Origin: Dictyostelium discoideum
Lineage: Eukaryota
Assembly: GCA_000004695.1 (NCBI GenBank)
Contig: CM000155.2
Coordinates: forward strand, 1,184,001-1,248,000
Reading direction: 5' to 3'
Length of the DNA: 64,000 bases
Shown: one piece after another, positions 35,275 to 48,977 of the stretch
How the letters are laid out: the number at the start of each line of letters is the position of its first letter
Position numbering within the stretch: the stretch's first letter is position 1
Made by a program: the position numbers and the translations under genes
The notes under the pieces: model-generated
Seen by the model: only the letters and a program-made list of their open reading frames with translations
Told to the model about the DNA's origin: nothing
Database searches by the model: none

Positions 35275-36362
35275 TTACAATTTTGGAGTTGGTAAAATTG
35301 AATAATCTACATCATCTTCTAAAAAGAAATCATTCATTAATTTTGCACCTTTTACGATAGAGTATTTTTCTAAATCGGTGATACCAGCTTGTTTAACACA
35401 ATATTCATCGATAAAGAAATTACCAGTTGTTGTGATTGGTTGTTTGAGTATCCACATTACAGAATCTGATAAGATATCTACGGTTCTACATTGTTTACCA
35501 ACATCAGAACCACCTAACATTTCCATGGCAGCAGTGTAGATAGCAGTTTTTGGCCAAAGTGCATTGAATGCAACTTTACCCTTAAACTCTTCAGCCATAC
35601 CTAACACGCACATTGACATACCATATTTTGCCATTGTATAAGCTGGATGATTTGCAAACCATTTCTTATCCATATTTAATGGTGGTGATAAATTGATAAC
35701 ATGAGCTGTTTTTGATTTTAATAAATATGGTAAACATTTTTGTGTTGTTAAATATGTACCACGTGTATTAACACCCATCTTTTAATTTAATAAATAATAA
35801 ATAATAAATTAATTAATAAATAAATTAATAAATTAATTAATAAATTAATTAATAAATAAAAAAACAAATAAACTTACCATTAAATCAAATTTCTTTGAAT
35901 TTGTTTCCAATGTACCAGTTAAAGAGATTGCAGAAGCATTATTAATTAAAATATCAATACCACCAAATTTTTCAACTGCTTTTTTAACAGCATCTTCAAT
36001 TTGATCTTCAAATCTAATATCCACAGAGCATGCAAGACATTTACCACCAGCGTCTTCTACTGCTTTTTGTACTGAAAAAATTGTACCCTTTAATTTTGGG
36101 TGTGGATCTGCTGTTTTTGCTGCAATTACTACATTTGCTCCTTCTTTACCTGCGCTATAATAATAATTATTATAATATTAAATTATTTAAAAAAATAAAA
36201 AAATAAAAAGGTTAGTAAAATATAATGTTATGTGTTGAATTATTGTTGATTAAGTGAATAGATGATAATTATTCATAAATAAAGTGAAACATACGCGATT
36301 GCAATTGCTTCACCAATACCTCTTGAAGCACCTGTAATGAAAATAGTTTTGCCTTTTAACAT
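35275..36362 (-). CDS. hsdl2: Hydroxysteroid dehydrogenase-like 2 (HSDL2-type short-chain dehydrogenase/reductase), 3 exons, ending after the SDR domain
   Basis: Exons on the minus strand are approximately 36295..36362, 35877..36154 and 35275..35778. The first begins MLKGKTIFITGASRGIGEAIA with a GTATGT donor. The second contains GANVVIAAKTADPHPKLKGTI...GGIDILINNASAISL with a GTAAGT donor. The third is MGVNTRGTYL...HVINLSPPLN...AYTMAKYGMSMCVLGMAEEF...ALWPKTAIYTAAMEML. The match to HSDL2 is near-collinear and includes the catalytic YxxxK (AYTMAK). Confidence 0.8.
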
Positions 36363-36851
36363 ATTTTGCTTTATTTTATTTTATTTTTTAATGTGTGTGT
36401 TTGAAAATATTAATTATTTATAAAAAAAAAAAAAAAAAATGGGTTAATGTGAATTTGAATATGAAAAAAGTAAAAAAAAAAAAAAAGTTGAGAAAAAAAA
36501 AAATAAATTAAATTAAAATTTTAAATTGCGACATGATTTAAAAAATCGTCATTCAATTTCTTTTTTGTATTAATTTGTATATTTATGAAACTATTAAAAT
36601 TTCCTAAACAAAAATTAAATCTTTTTTTTTTTTTTTTATTTTTTATTTTTTATTTTTTTTTTTCATAAGAAACAAATCAATAATATTTGAAGAAAATTAC
36701 AAATTTTAAAAAATTAAAAAAAAATTAAAAAGGGTTAAATAATTGTGTGGTGTGTCATCACACTTTGATTTTTTTCATTTTTTTTTTTTTTTTAATTTTT
36801 ATTTTTATTTTTTTTTTTATTTTTTTTTTAATTTTTTTTTAATATAAAAAG

Positions 36852-37149
36852 ATGGACGAATTAATAATGATGGTTTTTGTGTTATTCACAATAGTATTAT
36901 TATTAACAGTTTCAATGACATTGGCAGCATTAATTTCAACCATTGTGGTATTAGTTGTACCATTAATTATTTGTATAATAGCATTATTAATTGCATTAAG
37001 AATTAAATATGGTAGTAAAAAAGATCTAAGTGAAGTTTCAATAGGATTTTTCCATCCATATTGGTAAGTACCTTTTTTTTTTTTTTTTTTTTTTTTTTAT
37101 TTATGCATATTTGGTGGTGGTGATGGTAATTATTTTTTTAACTAAATAA

Positions 37150-37180
<31 letters not shown>

Positions 37181-38575
37181 AAAGTACTGCAGGTGGAGGT
37201 GGTGAAAGAGTATTATGGTGTGCAATTAAATCAATTCAAGAAGAATATCCATATGTTAGATGTGTTGTATATACAGGTGATAAAGAGAGTGATGATGAAA
37301 TATTTAATAAAGTAAAGAAAACATTTGATATAGAATTGGGTAGAGATAATTTAGAATTTATTAGATTGAAAAAAAGAAAATGGGTAGAAGCATCAACATA
37401 CCCAAGATTTACATTAATTGGACAAAGTTTAGGATCAATGATATTAGGTTGGGAAGCATTAACCAAATTTGTTCCAACCATTTTCTTGGATTCAATGGGT
37501 TATGCATTCACATTCCCAATATTTTCATTAATTGGTGGTTCAACTGTTGCATGTTATGTTCATTATCCAACAATTAGTAGTGATATGATCTCTTCTGTTA
37601 AATCATCATCATATTCTTTTAATAATGATGTTTCAATTTCTTCAAATAAATTTAAAACTATTTCAAAATTAATGTAAAGTAGTATATTTTAATATATATT
37701 TAATAACAAATTTATAAAAATATTAATATTATTAAAAAAAAAAAAAAAAAAAAAATAGATATTATAATATATTTTCAAAAATTTATCAAATTGTTGGTAG
37801 TTTTTCAAAATTAGTAATGGTAAATGGAACATGGACAGGCAATCATATTAGAGATATTTGGAAGAAACAATTTGGATATGATTTATTTATAGTTTATCCA
37901 CCAGTCGATGTTAAAGGTAGAAAACAATTGAAATTGGGTTGGATGGATGGTACTAGAAAGAATATGATATTGTCGATTGCACAATTTAGACCAGAAAAGA
38001 ATCACCAATTACAATTGAGAACATTGGCTCATCTATTGGAGAAATATCCATCACATAGAGAACAACCATTGAATACCAAATTAGTATTGGTAGGTGGTGT
38101 TCGTGATCAAGCCGATCGTGATAGAGTTGAACAATTACGTAACCTTTCAAAAGAATTAAATATTGAAGATCATGTTGAATTCCAAATTGGTATTAGCTCA
38201 GATCAACTTAATCAACTATTAAGTGAAGCATCAGTTGGTATACATACAATGTATAATGAACATTTTGGTATTGGTGTAGTGGAATTAATGGCTGCTGGTG
38301 TTATACCAGTTGCAAACAATAGTGCAGGTCCAAAAGAAGATATTGTACGTCATGAAGATACTGGTTTCTTAGCTTCAACCATTCAAGAGTATGCTGAATA
38401 CATTCATGAAATTTTAGCATATCGTGAAAAATATGTTGAAATGCAAAAGAAAGCCAGAGATTCAACTGACCGTTTCTCTGAATCAAATTTTTCAAATCAA
38501 TTTTTAAAATATATTAAACCATTAATTAATCAAAGTTTAAGAAATAATAATAGTAGTAGTAAAAAAAGAAATTAA
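36852..38575 (+). CDS. alg11: GDP-Man:Man3GlcNAc2-PP-dolichol alpha-1,2-mannosyltransferase (ALG11), 3 exons
   Basis: Exons are approximately 36852..37063 (GTAAGT), 37185..37674 and 37759..38575. The N-terminal TM is followed by GFFHPY|C|TAGGGGERVLWCA split by intron 1. Also present are YPRFTLIGQSLGS, LDSMGYAFT, YVHYPTIS, KL|I|YYNIF...LVMVNGTWT, AQFRPEKNH and the GT4 motif EHFGIGVVELMAAG. Around 37620 my reading of the displayed sequence has one more T than the ORF track implies, so the exon 2 coordinates may be off by 1 nt. Confidence 0.75.
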
Positions 38576-38743
38576 TAAAATTTTTTTTTAAAAAATAATA
38601 ATAATTATTATTATTATTATTAATATTTTATTTTATTTTGTTTAGTTTATTTATTTATTTATTTATTTTTTTTTTTTATAAAAAAAGAAATAAAAAAAAA
38701 AAAAAGAAAAGGAAAAAAAAAAATGATTATAAACTAATGATGT

Positions 38744-41647
38744 TTAATCCATTTTGTGGTGGAACTTGGATACTTTATCATTGTAAATCTTTTCAGTGAG
38801 ATAATTTTCAGCTTCATCAATATCATAAGAATCATCATCTTCAGATTCAATTTCAAATTGTTCGCTAGTATTAATCTTTCTTGTTTGTAATTGTGGTTGT
38901 TGTTGTGATTGTGGTTGTTGTTGTTGTTGTTGTTGTTGTTGATTATTTTTTGATAATTGATTAAATTTTTTCTTTTGTTGTTTTTGGAATTTATTATAAA
39001 TCCAAGATTTAGCTTTATCATGATTATATTTTGATTCTTTGATAGCACGATCAATTACAGTTAATGATAAATTTGGGAAAGTAAAAGATAAACGTTCTTT
39101 AATTAAAAGATAAGTTTGAGTTATACCATATTGATTGGAATAATAATTTTCATCCAAGTAATTAGTCATTTTTTTAATTGCTTGAGATAAATTCTTTGAA
39201 TCTGAACAAACTGAAAATACTTTATCAAAATCTAAACCAAACTTTTCATCTTGATACATTTCTAAAACTTTAAAGACCAAATCAATTTGTTTTTGTTCTT
39301 GTACAATTAATTGATTTTCTTTTTCTAATACTTGGTCATCAATTTCTTGTAATCTTTTAATCTCTAAGAGATCTTCATCACCATCTTCAAATTCTGAGGA
39401 AGAACTATTTGAATCAATATTTACAAATTCATCTTCACCATCAATAATAATTGATTCTTCAGTAGCGGTTGTAGTAGTAGTGGCAGTTGTTGTAGTGACA
39501 GTGGTGGTATCATTAGAAGTTGGATGATCAATTAAATCTTTTGCATTATATTGTTCATATTCATCAGAATCATCATAATAATAATATTCATCAGAATCAT
39601 CATTATCAGAATCTAATAAAGTAGTTCTATAATAAAAGTATTGATCACGAATTTCATCAGTAAATAATTGCACATTTGGATTACCAAGATTCTCTTGATC
39701 AATTTTTAATTTTTCTTGTAATTTTAATTGATTTTCAAGGTTTTCTCTTAATTTTAATGTATCATTCATTCTTTTATTCTTTGGTTTAAGTTGAGTGAAA
39801 ACCTTTTCTTTTTGGTCAACCAAGATTTTAACATTATTTTTATTTTCCAATTCAATTTGTTTTTGAGCTTCTTCAATTTCTTCTAGAGTTAGTGTTGGAA
39901 TTTGTGGTTCAATAAATTGTTCATGAATTGAAGTGGTAATGAAAATGGGTTCATTATTAATGATATCGGATGAAGATTTAATTTGGCCACCATAGAGATT
40001 GAATAATCTAATTTTCTTTGGATCATATTCAACTTGATCCGATGGAATTGATTTATTTAATAAGTTTGAAATCTCTTGTTTGAAATCATGGAAATGTGTA
40101 TTTACAAATAATTTACCCAATGATTTCTTTGAACCATTTTTACAGATAGTTGCAGAGAGTGAAATTTCAGAAGGACCTTGTTTTTGAGATGAATAGTATG
40201 GAGATAGAAAACAGGTTTTATCTGCTAAAATATCTGGACGTAAAAGTTTTTTAATAGCTTTTTGACATGAATCCATCAAATGATCAGATTCTGATTTTTT
40301 AGTTGAGATTGAATGAGAATGAAGGAAAAAGATGGCAGATTCCAATAATCTAAGATGTTGTTTACTTGTATATGATTTACCGGTGATTATAGTAATAAAT
40401 GATTTATAGACATGATTAATCACTGGGTCACTATTGGTGAATGGGTCCCTTTCGAAAAATTCCCTCAAGAAGGCACCATCCATTGACATATTCTTGTCAC
40501 CAACGGCCTTAAAGAAGAGTTTGATCTTATGTTCTTTTGAAGAACCACCACTACTACAACCACCGGTATGAGGATAGTCAGAACCACATGAATAACAAAA
40601 TTGATGATGGCAACGAATACAAGTCATATGATTACAACCTTGGTTACGTTCAACAGGGAATTTACATTTTGAACAGATTGTTGTATTTGCAATGATCCAA
40701 CGGTAAGAGAATAGGTCATGATCATCGTAAGCTGAATGTGAGCAAGGTAAAGGCCAATGCATACCTCTTTTTTTACAGAATAAACAAAATAGATCATGAT
40801 CGGAACAGGCAATGTATGGAATATACTTATGAGTACCTCTTAATCCTAAAACCACTCTATTACAATTATTGAATGGACATTCATGAGTATTTGGTGTTAA
40901 AAAGATAACATCTTTTATGAAATTCTTTAAAAATACAGAAACCATATTTGGTTGAAGTAATGTTTCGATGGTTACCTCATCAATACATTTATTTAAACAA
41001 CCTTGTGATGGACAAACGATTGGGGATGAGCTACCATTACCATCACAAACTGATGTCTTGAAATAATGTGATAAACATCTCTTACAGAATGAATGACCAC
41101 ATATCAATTCTACCATATCTGATTTTGAATAATCACAGTAACAAATTGAACATTCAAAATCTTGACTATTACTCTCATCAATTAATTTAAATTTATACAT
41201 TGCAATATCATTAACCTTGTGTGAAAAATGAGAATTACGAATGAATGAACGATTTTGTTCTCTATTACTTGGAATTCCAATTGATTTTTTTTCATTCCAA
41301 CCACTTTGGAATAAAAGTTTCTTTGATAAAGAATTTGGAATATCAAAATGTTTTGAAACTTTCTCAATGGAATTATAACAATTTTCAATCAATTTATTTT
41401 GTGAAACAGTTGATATCTTTTCTAAATCAACGAAAAGGTTTACACATTTGTCCAACACTCCAAAATTTTGGGTTGTATAAAATTCTCTTCTATAATAAGA
41501 TTCAATATCTAAAATTGCACCAATAATATTTGTTTTATCAATTTTATATTGATTTTCTAAAATTTTAATAATATCTTCTTTCTTTTGATTACCATTTTTA
41601 TCCAATCTTCCTAATTGAATTTCTGTATCAAACGTATATGAAAAATT

Positions 41648-41745
<98 letters not shown>

Positions 41746-42550
41746 CATCATCATCATTTTCATTATTATTATTATTATTATTATTATTTTCATTTTCATT
41801 TAATGTTTCAGTGAAATATACCCAAATTCTTGAATCTTTTTCTAATTTTTGAATTAAAACTTTACAACGATATGGATATGATTCACCAACTATAACTTTA
41901 AATAATTCACCCTGACTACTTTGTAATTTATTAATTACTTTCTTATAAAATTTAGATTTATTATGTTCACGTTTACTATAGAGTGGGAGATAAGAATTTT
42001 CAATTGATTTCAATTTCTCTTCTTTTTCTTTTAACTGCAATTGTAATTCTTGAGATTCTGTTAATTGGTTTTTATCTTCTGGATCTTCATCTGCCAACTC
42101 TGATAAAGAAAATTCAATCAATTGATTATTATATGTATTAGTTAAACTCTTGATTCTTGTTGAACCATTTGCTTTAACTCTAATATGAGCTCTACTTGAT
42201 GCTTCTAATTTAAATTTACTAATTAATAATCCTAAAAATTTTGAAAATGTTGTTGTTGGTGGAATAATTATAACAATTGTTTCTTTTTCATTTTCATTCT
42301 ATTTTTTTTTATTTTTTTTAGATTTAAAAAGAGGAAAAAAGAGTAAAAAAAATAAAAAAAAATAAAAAAAAATAAAAAAAAATAAAGAAAATAAATAATA
42401 TTATTTTTAGTAAAAGATATTTTATTTTGTTTTTTTTTTTTATAATTTTTTTTTTTTTACCTTATTGAAAGTGACAGTGAATCTCTTTCTGTTATCTGGA
42501 TTATCAACCACAAGGAATAGTGAATCTTCAGTGTTTTTATTGTGTGCCAT
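38744..42550 (-). CDS. Large RBR-type (RING1-IBR-RING2) E3 ubiquitin ligase with coiled-coil regions, acidic/poly-N tracts and a C-terminal UBA/CUE-like helical segment, 2 exons
   Basis: Exons are approximately 42461..42550 (MAHNKNTEDSLFLVVDNPDNRKRFTVTFNK, GTAAAA donor) and 38744..42298. RING1 is ECSICYCDY...CGHSFCKRC. The IBR is CPSQGCLNKC...CPFNNCNRVV. RING2 is CSKCKFPVERNQGCNHMTCIRCHHQFCYSCG. The long Glu/Lys-rich stretches suggest coiled-coil. The C-terminus is LSQAIKKMTNYLDENYY...LSLTVIDRAIKESKYNHDKAKSWIYNKF. Confidence 0.7.
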
Positions 42551-42967
42551 TTTTATTAATAATGTTATGTTTTTTTTTAAAAAAAAGGAAATTAAATTTA
42601 TTTACAATACAAAAAAAAAGAATAAAAATAGAAATAATACAGTGTTTGTTTTGTTTTTTTTTTTGGTTATGTTTTTTTTTTTTTTTATTTTGTTTTTTTT
42701 TTTTTTTTTGAAATTTTTTTTTTATTTTTTTCCATTTTTCTGATTTGAGAAATTGTTTTGAAAAAAAATTGGTGTTAAAAAGTTATAAAAAGTTGAGAAT
42801 AAAAAACCAATTAAAGCTAAAAATTCTCAAAAAATTCCTTTTGATGGTAATGCCAAAATAAAAATATAAAAATAAAAAATAAAAAAAATAAAATAAAAAA
42901 ATAAAAAAAATAAAAAAAATAAAAATAAAAATAAAAATTTGTTTTTAGATTAAGATTTAAATATGCC

Positions 42968-42998
<31 letters not shown>

Positions 42999-43397
42999 AT
43001 GTTAGGAAAAAATTATTTTAAATTTGATAATTAATAAATTATTTATTTTTTATTTTTTATTTTTTGATAATTAACAAATTTGTTTTTATTTTTCTAATGA
43101 ATTTTTCTTCTTTTTTTTTTTTTGAAGTTCCAAAGTTTCTTTTATTTATTTTTATTTTTTTTTTTTATTCATTTATTTGTACACACAATAAATTTTTTTT
43201 TAAAAAAAAAAAAAATTCAATTTTCAAAAAAAAAAAATAAAAAAAAAAAATAAAAAAAAATAAAAAAAAATAGATGTTCACTTTTTTTTAATTTTTTAAT
43301 TTATTTTTTTAAATTTTTTTTTTTTTTTTTTTTTTTTTAATTTGATCAATAATTTTTTTTTTTTTTCACTTCACACATAAATATATCCATATAAATA

Positions 43398-43532
43398 ATG
43401 GATTCAGATTATTCCTTTTCATTAACAACATTCAGTCCTTCAGGTAAATTAGTTCAAATTGAACATGCTTTACAAGCAGCTGCCTCTGGTGGTTCAGCTA
43501 TTGGTATTAAAGGTAACTATTTAAAATTTTAT

Positions 43533-43571
<39 letters not shown>

Positions 43572-44417
43572 CTCTCCTCACCCTCTTTAATATAAATTCA
43601 AAATTTATTAATATTTTCTTTTAATTATTATAATTAAAATTATTGATTATTTGTTATTATTATTATTTATTATTTATATATATACATACAATAATTATTA
43701 GCAAAGAATGGTGTAGTATTAATTACAGAGAAGAAATTACATTCATTAGTTGATGTAACATCAGTTCAAAAGATATCAATGATTACAGAGAATATTGGTT
43801 TGGTTTATGCAGGTATGGGACCAGACTCTAGAGTTTTAATTAAAAAAGCAAGAAAAGAATCAGAGAAATACTATAAACAATATAAAGAAAAGATACCAGT
43901 ACTCCAATTAGTTAGAGAATTAGCATCAATCATGCAAGAATTCACTCAATCTGGTGGTGTTCGTCCATTTGGTGTGTCTTTATTAGTAGCTGGTTTCGAT
44001 GAAAAAGGTCCACATTTATATCAAGTTGATCCATCTGGTTCTTATTTCGCTTGGAAAGCAACTGCTATTGGGTAACTAATAAATAGAAATAATAACAAAA
44101 ACAATAAAAACAATAATAATAATAATAATTATACTAATATATTTATATATATATATATATATATATATTTTGTTGGATACTTAAATAATTAAAATTAAAA
44201 TAGTAAAAATATGGTTAGTTCAAAGACTTTCCTTGAAAAACGTTATAGTGATGATTTAGAGATTGAAGATGCTATTCAAACTGCTCTCATTACAATTAAA
44301 GAAGGTTTTGAAACTCAATTAACTGAATTCAATATGGAATTGGCCATTATTGGAAAGAATCAAGAGTTTAAGATTTTAACACCAGCTCAAATCAAAGATT
44401 ATCTTTTAAATTTGTAA
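43398..44417 (+). CDS. psmA2: Proteasome subunit alpha type-2, 3 exons
   Basis: Exons are approximately 43398..43512 (GTAACT donor), 43702..44071 (GTAACT) and 44204..44417. The protein is near-identical in blocks to PSMA2: [58 protein letters not shown](I/M)GKN and KTFLEKRY. Confidence 0.9.
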
Positions 44418-44427
44418 TAAACTATTG

Positions 44428-44462
<35 letters not shown>

Positions 44463-44526
44463 CAACACTATATATAAAAGTAAATAAAAAGAAATACCTA
44501 CCAACTTGTTAAATATATCTATTACA

Positions 44527-44605
44527 TTTTTATTTTATTTTATTTTATTTTATTTTATTTTATTTTATTTTATTTTATTTTATTTTATTTTATTTTGTTT
44601 TATTT
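44527..44605. repeat. (TTTTA)n pentanucleotide microsatellite between the convergent 3' ends of psmA2 and rab3gap1
   Basis: tattttattttatttt... about 15 units. Confidence 0.9.
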
Positions 44606-44677
44606 TTTTTGATCAAAAACTTGTTAACTTATTACATAAATTTATTTTATTATTATTATTATTATTTTTTTTTTTTA

Positions 44678-45699
44678 TTATAAATCTTCTTCAGATATTG
44701 AAGTTGAAATTCTACATTCATATGGAGAGATACATGTATACATTTTATGAGGCATCATTTGAGAAGATTTATAAGGTCTTGGAGAATAACTTCTTGTAAT
44801 ATATTCTTTAATATTTGGTTGTATTGATGAAGGTATACCATCACCATTCTCCATTTCATATTCATAATCATCCAATTCATTAAAGAATAAATATGAAATT
44901 GATTCAAATTCTTTATCTAATATATCACTATATCCATCTCTATATAAATTAAAAATTACTCTATCTAATTTTGAAAACTAAATTAAAAAAAAATAAAAAC
45001 AAATAAAAAAAGTTAATATTTTATTTATTTATTTATTTTAATAATAATACATACTTTAGTTTTTAAAGAGATTAATTTTGAATAACTATTTTCAATATCT
45101 TGTAAATTCTTAAAGATTGGATCGAAATCTTTAGTTTTAATAGATTCATAATGTGGTATTTGTGATGGCCAAATAGAATTGACAGTATCAAAGAACTTTT
45201 CAACCAATTGTTTCAATGGTTGGAAATCAATACCAAGACAATATTCACTTGAGAAATTACTCTTTGCTTTTTCATTTGAAAAGATTGTTGTAATACTTGT
45301 TAAAATTACTGACATTATTCTTTATAGAAATTAAAATAGGGTTAATATGATAAAAAAAAAAAAAATAAAATGTGTTTTAATATTATTATTATTATTATTA
45401 TAATTATTATTTTTAATACTTACTGATGAACTAAATCAGAAGGTGAAACTGATTCTAAATAATTTAAAGATTTTATGGCTTGTTTTGTATGATCAAATAA
45501 TTGTTTTTGTTTTGAAATTGGTAGTGGTTTTGATTTTATCCAAGTTTTTCTCCAAATTGTATGATTACCAGCCATTCTAAGACTAAGACAACCATCTCTA
45601 CCAAATCCACTCTTTCTTTCTATACCTTTTGATTCATCAAATTTATCAATTATTTGAATTAATTCATCATTTAATGTTGTTTCAATAATTGGTTTAATT

Positions 45700-45751
<52 letters not shown>

Positions 45752-45796
45752 TATCATCATTATTATTATTATCAACAACTACAATATCTTCGTCAC

Positions 45797-45852
<56 letters not shown>

Positions 45853-48537
45853 TGATTTTCTTTTTGTTTATTTTGTTTTTCTTGTAATAATCTTTTTTCA
45901 ATTGATTCAATTTCAGAGGGTTTTGTAATCCAATCAGTATTTGAATGCCATCTTATGAAATCTTCAAATACAGAACCAGGATTAAAGTATTTAAATGATT
46001 GCATATCGGATAATAATGAAACTGTTTGCATTTCAATTCTTTTCTCTTGTGATATATTAATATCACTCATTTCATTCAATTGATCTTGTACCATATCATC
46101 AGTCATTGGTCCAAATTCTTGAGTCTCTGGTATTATAATCTCTTTATCATGATATAATAAATATTGACCATTTAGTTTCTTTATATTACCACCACCACTA
46201 TATTTTAATTCAATTTCTTCTCCTTCTTCTTCTTCTTTCTTATTATTATTATTGTTGTTGTTGTTGTCGTCGTCATCTAAACCTTCTAATGGATCTTCAA
46301 AATCATCCCAACCATCTTGTTCTTTTTCATCATCAATTACTGGAATAATATCATCATCATCATCATCCCAACCATCTTGGTTATTATTATTATTATTTTG
46401 TGATTGTTGTTGTTGTTTTTGATTATTATTGTTTTCAAGATTTTCATTCGATTGAAAAATATGATCATATTCTTGTTTTCTCTTTATACAATAATTTATC
46501 ATTTGTAACTTTTGAAATATTAAACAATTATTAACACTAATATGAGAGGATGAAAATGTTCTTGGTATTAAAATTTGATGTTCCCAATGCCATTTAATCT
46601 CTTCAACAAATTCATTCCAAAATAATAAAATACCAACTAAACTTTGAATATTTAAACACATTATTGAAAATGAAAAAAATAATGAATCAATTGGTGATCT
46701 TTTAATTCTAGAATTCTTTATTAAAAAAAAAGAATAAATTAATAAATATTATTATCATTATTATTGTATTTAATTTTATACATACTTTATTTGGTAATGG
46801 TGATTGATTTAATTCTTCTTCAGGAATATTATTAAAATGATAAATATCAGATGGATCTTTAGTTTCAAAGAATAAATCATGTAAAAGCATATCCAATTCC
46901 TTTGGAGTTGGTATTAATGGTGAACTTAATGATGATGCTAATGATTTTGTAAATGTACCCATAGTTTTTAAAATACTAGTATCTTCATATTGTTGTTGTT
47001 GTTGTTGTTGTTGGTGTTGTTGGTGTTGTTGTTGATCTAAATTTTGTTTATAATGTTGTTGTTGATAATTAGTAGTAGTTGTTGTTGTTGTCGTAATTGG
47101 TGAAGACGAATTTGATTTATATAAATTATAATCTGATAAAATTTGTTGAATAGATTGATTAGATGATTTAATAGCTTCGACATAGGATGTGAATACATTG
47201 ATAACACCAATTGATAATTGAAATAAACTATTATGAGGTTTTCTAAATACAACTTTAATGAACCAACTCTTTGGTGTTTGAATTGATTGAAAATCATTCT
47301 CCATATATGAGTACTCTTTATTGGTGGGCACATAACACACCAATGTAATTCATTAATTGGATCCATTGGATATCCCCATTTAAATATATCACCATCACTA
47401 TTACCACCACTACCATCACCACCACCACCACCACCACCACCACCACCACCACCACCATTATTTGAATTTTTAATTCTTTGATTTTCTTCATCATCATTTT
47501 CATCCTCATCACCAATTGATGAATTATTATTATTATTAATTTGTCTATTATTTTTATTATTATTATTTTTATTATTATTTTTTAAATTACTATTATTACT
47601 ACTTTGTTTCCATTGCAAATCATCGAAATTACCTTTAATATAAGTATACTTTGTTGAAGTTGTTGATAATGCTAAGAATTGATCCCAATTTCTATCATCT
47701 AGGTCAACGGAAATCTTTGAATAGAATATACGTAATTGTTTTTCAAATGATTCCGAAATGTTTTGATTCGAAGTTAACGTTGATAAAACTATTGATTCAG
47801 TTGCAAATTTTACAAAGAAATGATCTTCATTATCAATTGATCTACTACTGATTGGAGCATACATATAACCTAAGAAATTCTCATATCTCTTTTCATCGAA
47901 TCCAACAAATGCTGGTAAATAACAATTACAATTATGTAATGCTATTGAAAATGCTGACATAATAGTAGACAAATCCGTAACATTTGGTCCATTATCTCTC
48001 ATTGCTAACATTAAAAAATATTCTTGAATTCCAAACCAATTTAAAAAATTTTCAACTTGATAAATATTATTATTATTATTATTATTACTTGTACTATTGT
48101 TATTATTATTATTATTTTCTTTATTATCATTATTTATAAATTTATATTGAAAATCATTTTTTGCATTCATAAATCCTATTTAAATCAATTAATTCATTAG
48201 TAATAAATATAAAAGAATTAATTTTATTTTTTTATTTTTTTATTTTTTTTTTAAAAAAAAAATAGTTACCATTATATTTTAATTTTGAAATTTTAGAAAT
48301 TTCTTGTTTACTTAATGATAAAGTATTAATTGGTGATATATAAACTAATTGAAAATTTGTATTATTAAATTGAAAAGAATGATCAAATGATGATTTACGA
48401 TTTTCACAACTTGATGAAATAACCTCTTCTAATTTTGCAATTAAATTCTCCCATGATGATGCTTGTGTATAATCTGTAATTTCAAAAAATTCATCTGTTC
48501 CATCATGTTTATGTTTATATTTATTTATCCTAACCAT
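44678..48537 (-). CDS. rab3gap1: Rab3 GTPase-activating protein catalytic subunit (RAB3GAP1 homolog), 5 exons, with an apparent 1-nt frame disruption in exon 2
   Basis: Exons on the minus strand are approximately 48270..48537 (GTAACT), 46786..48175 (GTATGT), 45424..46715 (GTAAGT), 45055..45319 (GTATGT) and 44678..44978. Collinear blocks are DEFFEITDYTQASSWENLIAKLEEV, FSIALHNCNCYLPAFV, DPINELH, LVCYVP...IQTPKSWFIKVVFRK, SPIDSLFFSFSIMCLNIQSL...FWNEF...LIPRT, CLIFQKLQMINYCIKRK, LSDMQSFKYFNPGS...DFIRW and YITRSYSPRPYKS...MYTCISP. The reading frame switches between two overlapping ORF-track ORFs (47037..48170 and 46708..47343) at about 47340. Confidence 0.75.
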
Positions 48538-48559
48538 TCTATTATTATTATTATTATAA

Positions 48560-48591
<32 letters not shown>

Positions 48592-48977
48592 TTTTTATTA
48601 TTATTATAAATAAATGGTTTTTTTTTTTTTCTTTTTTTTATAGGTATTTTTCTCTTTGTGGATTATTAAATAAATTTATATAAATTTTGTGAAAAAAAAA
48701 AAAAAAATTAAAAATGAAAAAAAAAAAAAAAAAAAAAAAATTTATTTTATAATTTAAAAAATTTTGTGTTTATTTAGATTGAAGGTGACTTGATTATTTA
48801 ATAATTTACCGAAAATACATAATATTATTACTCACTTTTTAAATAATAACAATAAAATAAAATAAAATAATGTAATGTAAATTTTGAATCAGTCCGAAAA
48901 GCAACCCGTCCATTTTTTAAACTCGCTCAAACAATTCAATTTCTAATTTCAGGAAAGACTAGAAACTTTGAATCATC

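Noticed and set aside
36852-37067. ORF 36852..37067 as a stand-alone small membrane protein
   Set aside because: It is exon 1 of ALG11: the TM anchor + GFFHPY, which splices to TAGGGGERVLWCA.
42122-42298. Treating the RBR ligase ORF as starting at the TTG/Met at 42121
   Set aside because: The frame stays open upstream to an acceptor at 42298, and a 30-codon first exon with a proper ATG (42550) and GTAAAA donor lies 160 nt further upstream.
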